DNA of 64,000 nt from Clostridiales bacterium (GTDB lineage: Bacteria; Bacillota; Clostridia; Oscillospirales; CAG-272): assembly GCA_012519315.1 (NCBI GenBank), contig JAAYQM010000001.1, positions 10,730 through 74,729 of the forward strand, written 5' to 3'. Both the position numbers and the translations under genes were made by a program. Below the pieces are notes generated by a model that had not been told where the DNA came from, did not search any database, and saw only the letters and a program-made list of their open reading frames with translations. Below are positions 58,294-64,000 of the stretch, one piece after another (position 1 is the first letter of the stretch; each line of letters starts with the position of its first letter).

Positions 58294-59292
58294 TTATTTT
58301 GCGTTGGTGTTTGCTTTCTTCAGAGCATCAATGAAGTCGCCAACCGTAATGGTTACCGAGGAGGTAAGGTCGTCGCCGGTAGGCTTTGTGCTTTCATCAA
58401 CGGCGATGCCTTCAACCTCTGTAATGGTTTTACCGGTTACATATTTGGCAAATGCCGCTGCCTGTTCGTTCCACTCTTTGCCGATGTCCGACCTGCTCTT
58501 CATGTTGTATGCGGAGCCAAGCTCGTTCTTAGTTTTATGAACTGTAGAGCTATCGGTGGTGATAGTGCCAGAGGTGCTGAAGTTTACATTTGTCTGGGAA
58601 GCGTCAAGGAGGCAGCTTGTAATCTTGCCGTCGGTACCTACCGTGATGGCTGCATAAGTGGTGTATGCCTGAGCCAGACCATCCCCTTCAGAGGAGGCGG
58701 ATTTGGAGTTCTTTATATTGGAAACGATGCCAATGCCAAGCTTGTCAGTTGCGGAGGCGCCGAGAGCCTTTGCATTATTCACAGCCTTTTCAATACCGGA
58801 GATGTATCCGCTGATGTTCATGGTAACCGAGGAGGTAAGATCGATTTCGGTGGGATAGCCCTTGTCATCAACCTTAATACCCTTTACCTCGGAGAGGGTT
58901 TTGCCCTTTACATAGGCTGCTAAAGCTGCGGCCTGCTCATACCATTCCTTGTCAATCTCCGAACTGTTTTTCATGCCGTATTCTTCTTTAAGCTCATTCT
59001 TGGTTTCAAATATCTTGTCGAGATCGGTAATAAGAGTACCTACACCGTCAAAATGAATCTTTGTCTGTAGGGTATCAATGGTGCAGTTTGCGATTTTGCC
59101 GTCTGTATCGAGGATTACGGCAATAACGGTGGAGTCAATTTGGGCAGTTCCTTTGTCGTCTTGAGCGGACTTGGAGCTTGCGGTGGAAGAAATAACGGCA
59201 AGTCCGGTTTTGACAGCTTTTTCCTTGCCGCAGGCGGCAAAGATGGTGAGTGCCATTATGGCAATCAGAAACAACGCGATAAATTTTTTCAT
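58294..59292 (-). CDS. Lipoprotein made of two tandem ~150-aa domains, divergent FMN-binding-like (PplA-analogue candidate)
   Basis: Lipobox LTIFAAC. Internal duplication: each half has DTDGKI..C..D..QT..., TKNEL...Y.MK..S.I.KEW.EQAAA.A.YV.GKT..EV.GI.VD, and ends with DLTSSVT. Confidence 0.7.
   Translation of the reverse strand: MKKFIALFLIAIMALTIFAACGKEKAVKTGLAVISSTASSKSAQDDKGTAQIDSTVIAVILDTDGKIANCTIDTLQTKIHFDGVGTLITDLDKIFETKNELKEEYGMKNSSEIDKEWYEQAAALAAYVKGKTLSEVKGIKVDDKGYPTEIDLTSSVTMNISGYISGIEKAVNNAKALGASATDKLGIGIVSNIKNSKSASSEGDGLAQAYTTYAAITVGTDGKITSCLLDASQTNVNFSTSGTITTDSSTVHKTKNELGSAYNMKSRSDIGKEWNEQAAAFAKYVTGKTITEVEGIAVDESTKPTGDDLTSSVTITVGDFIDALKKANTNAK
58297..59214 (-). repeat. Intragenic tandem duplication (two domain copies) within the lipoprotein gene
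   Basis: The protein halves align over ~150 aa. DNA blocks at 58351-58371 and 58822-58842 (ggt[t/a]accgaggaggtaag[g/a]tc) both encode DLTSSVT. Confidence 0.8.
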
Positions 59293-59307
59293 AGAAAACC
59301 TCTTTCT

Positions 59308-59892
59308 TTATAAAGTAAATTTAAGTTTTGACTTTTTTAGGACAGGTAATAGAATTTTTAGAACAACCGACGTTATAAAGCCGGCGGCAACTCCTGCAAG
59401 CAACAGGAGGGGCAAATAGGTGGTAAGCAGAGTGCCGCTCAGCCAAGAGGCAGCAAAGACCTGCCCTATATTATGGAAGAGCGCACCGCTGACGCTAAGC
59501 ATTAGAAGTGAAATCTTATTCTTGAAGAGGAGGAGCAGCAGGATCATCACCAGAATCGAGCATAGTCCGCCTGATATACTCATGACAGAGGCAGCAAATC
59601 CCCTTGTAATGAAAGCAAACAGCCCTTTTAGTATTACTAAAAGCAGTGCATCGAATTTTGACATGGAAAGCAGCGTGAACATTACTACAATGTTCGAAAG
59701 ACCGAGCTTAACACCCGGAAGGGCGGGCATGGGGATAAAAGATTCCACAATCGAAAGGACAATAGCTTCCGAGAAGAGCATTGAGAGAAGGGTGATATGC
59801 TTTATTCCGTTTGAGAGGGAGGTCTTAGTATTGCTTATTGTCTGTTTTTGCATAGTATCATATGAATCATTATAATGATTACGTCCTCTCAT
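59308..59892 (-). CDS. Gx-transporter / 'heptaprenyl diphosphate synthase component I' (PF07456-like) membrane protein
   Basis: Five TM helices. Has ALSIVESFIPMP.LPGVKLGLSNIV. ATGA overlap with the upstream NusG-II gene. Confidence 0.65.
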   Translation of the reverse strand: MRGRNHYNDSYDTMQKQTISNTKTSLSNGIKHITLLSMLFSEAIVLSIVESFIPMPALPGVKLGLSNIVVMFTLLSMSKFDALLLVILKGLFAFITRGFAASVMSISGGLCSILVMILLLLLFKNKISLLMLSVSGALFHNIGQVFAASWLSGTLLTTYLPLLLLAGVAAGFITSVVLKILLPVLKKSKLKFTL

Positions 59893-60308
59893 TTTATATG
59901 GATATCAATATCATCCGAGCTGCTGTCTCCTTCGCTAATGACTTTCAGGACTAGAGAGTTTGGCAGGCAGACTGCCTCCTTGTGTGTCGGATGGGGTAGC
60001 TTCCCGGTTTTGATACAGACTTTATCCGGGCAGTCCGATTCGATAAATGCAATACCTCCTGATGAATATACCTGAAAAACAACATTTGGTTTTTCCTCTA
60101 GAGAAAAGGTGTAATCAGAATCGGTTTTTAGGGGGATCCTTTTTACCAGCTCGTTTTTGTAGTATATTTCAGCATAGAGGCTTGTCCTTTCTTCATCTTG
60201 ATTGTAAGCGTTGTTTGTTGCATATATGCCCCAAAGAAGAAGGCAAATAGCAATTATTGCCACAATCAGCAAAAGGTCTGATTTTTTTGCAAATTCCATT
60301 TTGGCCAC
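59889..60308 (-). CDS. NusG domain II (DUF1312)-containing membrane-anchored protein
   Basis: N-terminal TM helix. Has DCPDKVCIKTG......AVCLPN..V. The start is uncertain (GTG 60308 or ATG 60299). Confidence 0.65.
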   Translation of the reverse strand: MAKMEFAKKSDLLLIVAIIAICLLLWGIYATNNAYNQDEERTSLYAEIYYKNELVKRIPLKTDSDYTFSLEEKPNVVFQVYSSGGIAFIESDCPDKVCIKTGKLPHPTHKEAVCLPNSLVLKVISEGDSSSDDIDIHIK

Positions 60309-60332
60309 CCGTTTTCTACCATTCAGAAAAAG

Positions 60333-61235
60333 TTATACTAAGCTGCCGATAAAAAGAAATACAATCTGTGCTGAAATAATAATGATAAAGTTCTTTACTG
60401 ACATGATAAAGGTTTCTGATTTATTTTGGATTTTTTTGAATTTTTTAATGTTGTTGTTTACCGGGACGAAGGTTAACAGGGTTAACAGGCATAGAGAGGG
60501 AATCATCCGTAAAAGCACCATGATAATAATCGAAATATAGGCAATATAGTAAAGGAGCTCAAACAGGAGAAGGGACTTATTGCCGATATAATAGGGCAGG
60601 GTGTATCTTTTAACAAGAATGTCCTTCTCAAGGTCGCAGATATTGTTTGCCAGCATAATATTTGCGGTCAAACAAGCGGGTAGGAGGGCAAACAGAGCAA
60701 CCTTCAAAAGGGAGACAATATTAAGGTTAAAGGTTAAAATTGAAGTAGCTGAGTCCCATGTGTAAGTGAAGTAGGTGCCCTTAGGGCTGTTGATATACAA
60801 GAGAATAAAGGGGATAAAAAGACCGTAAAACAACCCTGAAAAAAATTCTCCGTAAGGCTGACGGGAGATCGGAACGGGGCCCCATGAATAGATAATGCCG
60901 AAGGCAAAGCAAATAGCGCCAAGAATCAAAACAACAATATCGGTGAGATAGACAAGTAGAATGCCCATCGCCATGCTTGCCGTAAGGAGTATGGCGATAA
61001 TGAAAAAGGAGACTCTGCGGGAAAACTGAAGGGACTGGTGATTGGTCTTGGTATCCTCATAATTGTTGATGGCCGTTGCCGTGAGGTCAAAAAGGAGCAT
61101 ACCGGCAAAAAATACGATAGTTTTAAGAGGATCGATTTTCCTGCCGGCAAAAAAGAGATAACATAGTGTTAAGAGAAAGGGGAGGGTGCTTGTTATCTTA
61201 GTTGTGATTTCAACATATTTGAGGAAACGCTTCAT
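60333..61235 (-). CDS. UbiA-family polyprenyltransferase (MenA/DmkA-like)
   Basis: Eight to nine TM helices. First Asp-rich motif is NNYEDTKTN (the last Asp is replaced by Asn). Second motif is NNICDLEKD. Confidence 0.8.
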   Translation of the reverse strand: MKRFLKYVEITTKITSTLPFLLTLCYLFFAGRKIDPLKTIVFFAGMLLFDLTATAINNYEDTKTNHQSLQFSRRVSFFIIAILLTASMAMGILLVYLTDIVVLILGAICFAFGIIYSWGPVPISRQPYGEFFSGLFYGLFIPFILLYINSPKGTYFTYTWDSATSILTFNLNIVSLLKVALFALLPACLTANIMLANNICDLEKDILVKRYTLPYYIGNKSLLLFELLYYIAYISIIIMVLLRMIPSLCLLTLLTFVPVNNNIKKFKKIQNKSETFIMSVKNFIIIISAQIVFLFIGSLV

Positions 61236-62251
61236 TTGATGGCTGTCTCCTTGATGCCGATATCAATTCCGTTGACCGAGCGGTCGAGAATTACAGAAAG
61301 ATTACGGTGCTTTTGAACGCTGATGTCAAGGGAGTCAATAATTTTGCGTGCTTTTTTATAATACCTTTTTACAACTGTGCGGGTATAAATTAGACCCCCT
61401 GATTTTCGGACAGATTCAACAATTTCAGAGGCCGGTGCGCCCATTTTTGCCTTTTTTAAGAGAGTCTCATTTTCTTTAAAGGCATAGATCAAGGGGAGGG
61501 TGATTACACCTTGCTCATAATCGGACATAACCGGCTTTTTTGTCTGTTTGCAGTTATGCTCATAGTCGGCGCAATCATCGGTGAGTTGAAAGATCATGCC
61601 GATGCTGTGCCCCAGCTTCTTGTATTGATCCTCCTTTGCTTTATCCTCCTTTGAGAGGATAAAGCCGCCAAAAAAGGAGGCCTCAAAAAGTGCGGCGGTT
61701 TTACCTGCAATGATTTTAAGATATTGTGCCTGGGTCAGGGCAAAATTGCGGTTGTTTAAATTTTGCCGCATCTCACCAAGGCAGATTTGGGTCATATAGT
61801 CGGGCAGGAGCTGCCGCAGAGATTTATCGTCCCCTTTCTCAAGCTCGGAGGCTGCCTGAAGTGCCATGCAGAAGAGATAATCGCCGCAGATAACGGCCGG
61901 ACGCTTACCAAACTTCGTCTGAATCGTTTCAATACCCCGTCGGGTTTTTGCATCGTCAATTACATCGTCATGCACTAAGGTTGCCAGATGTAAAAACTCG
62001 ATGGCGACGGCCAACCTTATGGCATCGTATGAGACAAGATCGTCCTTATCGATGGCACAGGTCAGGAGGGAATAGGCCCTGATGTTTTTTCCGGGCGCCT
62101 TTGCAAGATGCCTTGCAAGGGCTCGCAGGGGGGGCGGCGACGAAAGCAGCCGCTGTTCTATTTCCTTTTGTACAGCCTCGATTGCACCGGTAAGGGGGAA
62201 CCGACAGGGGAGAGTTTCGCTGCATACATTTTTATCAGTCATTTCAGTCAT
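61232..62251 (-). CDS. Polyprenyl diphosphate synthase (trans-IPPS, heptaprenyl/DmkB-like)
   Basis: FARM motif LVHDDVIDD. SARM motif FQLTDDCAD. ATGA overlap with the downstream UbiA gene. Confidence 0.85.
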   Translation of the reverse strand: MTEMTDKNVCSETLPCRFPLTGAIEAVQKEIEQRLLSSPPPLRALARHLAKAPGKNIRAYSLLTCAIDKDDLVSYDAIRLAVAIEFLHLATLVHDDVIDDAKTRRGIETIQTKFGKRPAVICGDYLFCMALQAASELEKGDDKSLRQLLPDYMTQICLGEMRQNLNNRNFALTQAQYLKIIAGKTAALFEASFFGGFILSKEDKAKEDQYKKLGHSIGMIFQLTDDCADYEHNCKQTKKPVMSDYEQGVITLPLIYAFKENETLLKKAKMGAPASEIVESVRKSGGLIYTRTVVKRYYKKARKIIDSLDISVQKHRNLSVILDRSVNGIDIGIKETAIK

Positions 62252-64000
62252 TATAAATATATAACCGCCTTACAAAAGGAAGCTTTTTCCACGTTTTTTT
62301 GAGAGCGGGGATAAAGTAGTAGTCGAGACCTAAAATCTGACCTCCGCCGAAGAGAAGGGCGACAGCCGCAAAAATCATCCAGAAGGAGCTGAGGTAAAGA
62401 CCGGTTGTAAAGAGGAACATCACCTGAAGCACCAGGGAGAAGGCGGCGGAGGGGGTAACCAAAAGACCGCTGATCATTGAAAGACCGATTAAGATTTCGG
62501 CTATGATGATAAAGCCCTGCATGAACATTTGCATCGGCTCGCTGGCTGTGACTACATTGTTTATAAACCAGTTCATCAAGGGCATGTCAAACTTTAATGC
62601 GAAGTTATCAATTTTGGATTTGGCAAGCTCAGCGCCGCTGACAAACATAACTCTGAAAATAACAAGGAAATTGAAATTAAGAAGCACCGTTCCGGCCGCC
62701 TCGCTGACACCGGTAGCGGCACTTTGCGCAGCGGCGGTTGCGCCGGAGGTAGCGCCGCTCGAAGCTCCCCCGTTGATAATCGAATCAAACCATGCGTTAG
62801 CGCCGTTGAAGAAGCCTTCAAGCTGGGGGGAGGCGAACCAACCCTGCACAATTTTCATAATACCTTCATAGAGCCAGACGGCACCGAGCCACAAACGCAA
62901 CGGAATAAGCAAAAAGCTTGGTGTTCTGTTTGAAAGGTGACCGCCCACAAAACTGCGTTTGTTGCGGATGGTGAAAAACTCGTGCTTAAGGTAGCTGAAT
63001 ACTTTATTCCAACCGAGCACCTGAACAAAGTAGACAATGTTTATAAGGTGCTTGCAGAACATTGCGAAAAAGGAGGGGAGGTTGACCATGAATTTCGGTG
63101 TGCCGACCCGGGCTACACCGTAGCGACCGCCGAGACTGACCATAACACCGTGGAACTTAGGATTATATTCTTTCATCTTTCCTTTGCCGGTGATGGCGGT
63201 GTAAATGTTGTTGCTGGCAGTTTTTGCGCTGGCCTCGCAATTTTCGACCATTTGCGGAACCGGAGCACTCTCGCCGGGAACAATATATCCTATGTTATCA
63301 CCGACCACAAAAACCTTTTCATCGGCGACAGAACGAAGGTAGGCGTCGGTTTGGATACGACCGCGCCCGAAGGATTCGAGGCTGTCTGCGGCTGTTGCCG
63401 AAAGATCGCTACCCTCAATGCCGGCAACCCAAACAGTAGTGTTTGCAGTTTTGCGAATTTTCTTATCACTCTGAATAATTTCTATATAATCTTCCCCGAT
63501 GGCAGAGACCTTCTGGTTGAGCATCAGGGTAATATTCATTTTGCGAAGGCGCTTTTCTATCTTAGCGGACAACTTTTCGGGAAGGGATGGAATTACACGG
63601 GACAGGGCGTCGATGATAAATAGATCGACATACATGGGGTTGATTTCGTATTTTTCGCACAAAATCGGAAAATATTCACCCATTTCCGCAACAAGCTCGG
63701 TTCCGGTAAAACCGGCGCCCACTATGCAGAAAGAGAGGAGCTCTTTTTTCCTTTTTGGGTCGGTTTCGACAGCCGCCTCCCTGAAGCATTGGTTAATACG
63801 TTCCTTAAGCTTTACTGCATCTTGGTAGGACCAGAGGGTGTAGGCATTCTCTTTTGCCCCCGGCACATCGTAAAAGGCTGTTTTGGAGCCGGTGGCGATG
63901 ACAAGATAATCGTAGCTGTAATCCTTGCTCTTGCCCTTAACAATCTGCTGCTCAAAGTCGATCGACTCGGCTGTGTCCTGTACGACATTGACACGACGAC
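62244..64000 (-). CDS. ndh: Type II NADH dehydrogenase (NDH-2) with a C-terminal ~230-aa multi-TM (DoxX-like) extension. The 5' end lies outside the window.
   Basis: The frame stays open to position 64000 (...YDYLVIATGS...). Second Rossmann motif VGAGFTGTE, then VGDN. The C-terminal membrane domain begins FLLIPLRLWLGAVWLYEG. Confidence 0.85.
   Translation of the reverse strand, partial: RRVNVVQDTAESIDFEQQIVKGKSKDYSYDYLVIATGSKTAFYDVPGAKENAYTLWSYQDAVKLKERINQCFREAAVETDPKRKKELLSFCIVGAGFTGTELVAEMGEYFPILCEKYEINPMYVDLFIIDALSRVIPSLPEKLSAKIEKRLRKMNITLMLNQKVSAIGEDYIEIIQSDKKIRKTANTTVWVAGIEGSDLSATAADSLESFGRGRIQTDAYLRSVADEKVFVVGDNIGYIVPGESAPVPQMVENCEASAKTASNNIYTAITGKGKMKEYNPKFHGVMVSLGGRYGVARVGTPKFMVNLPSFFAMFCKHLINIVYFVQVLGWNKVFSYLKHEFFTIRNKRSFVGGHLSNRTPSFLLIPLRLWLGAVWLYEGIMKIVQGWFASPQLEGFFNGANAWFDSIINGGASSGATSGATAAAQSAATGVSEAAGTVLLNFNFLVIFRVMFVSGAELAKSKIDNFALKFDMPLMNWFINNVVTASEPMQMFMQGFIIIAEILIGLSMISGLLVTPSAAFSLVLQVMFLFTTGLYLSSFWMIFAAVALLFGGGQILGLDYYFIPALKKTWKKLPFVRRLYIYND

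Noticed and set aside
62937-63623. 228-aa plus-strand ORF
   Set aside because: It is antisense to the NDH-2 gene, whose minus-strand frame carries the Rossmann motifs and stays open to the window edge.

Overview
This is a 64-kb chromosomal segment from a spore-forming member of the Clostridia. The taxonomic call is an inference from three things: CotF-like and SipL/SpoVID-like sporulation genes, a SCIFF ranthipeptide locus, and an IspH-S1 fusion. Composition looks roughly uniform by eye. I saw no rRNA, tRNA, CRISPR array, transposase, integrase or prophage signature.

Most of the window is housekeeping: rlmN-stp-prkC-rsgA-TPK, rsmE, ftsEX with an M23 peptidase and an S41 peptidase, greA, lysS, glucokinase, nifS-nifU-mnmA, alaS, yajC, purD, cmk-plsC-ispH/S1, and an ABC exporter.

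Three blocks stand out:
1. About 25.7-38.3 kb, plus strand. A seven-gene operon-like cluster with a 988-aa solute-binding protein carrying two CBM6-like modules, two separate MalF/MalG-type permease pairs, a secreted NHL-propeller/TPR protein anchored by a Yip1 membrane domain, and a 1020-aa DUF5696-like protein. There is no ATPase and no regulator. This is my best candidate for an undescribed system.
2. 41.5-43.2 kb, minus strand. A SCIFF precursor that the ORF track missed (51 aa), its radical-SAM/SPASM maturase, and a perfect 16-bp hairpin between them.
3. 57.0-64.0 kb, minus strand. A flavin/quinone extracellular-electron-transfer-like operon: NDH-2 with a membrane tail, polyprenyl synthase, UbiA prenyltransferase, a NusG-II protein, a Gx/Hpre_diP_synt_I membrane protein, a tandem-domain lipoprotein, and ApbE. 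It contains candidate flavinylation motifs.

All family assignments come from reading motifs in the translations and from memory of family signatures. No database search was run.
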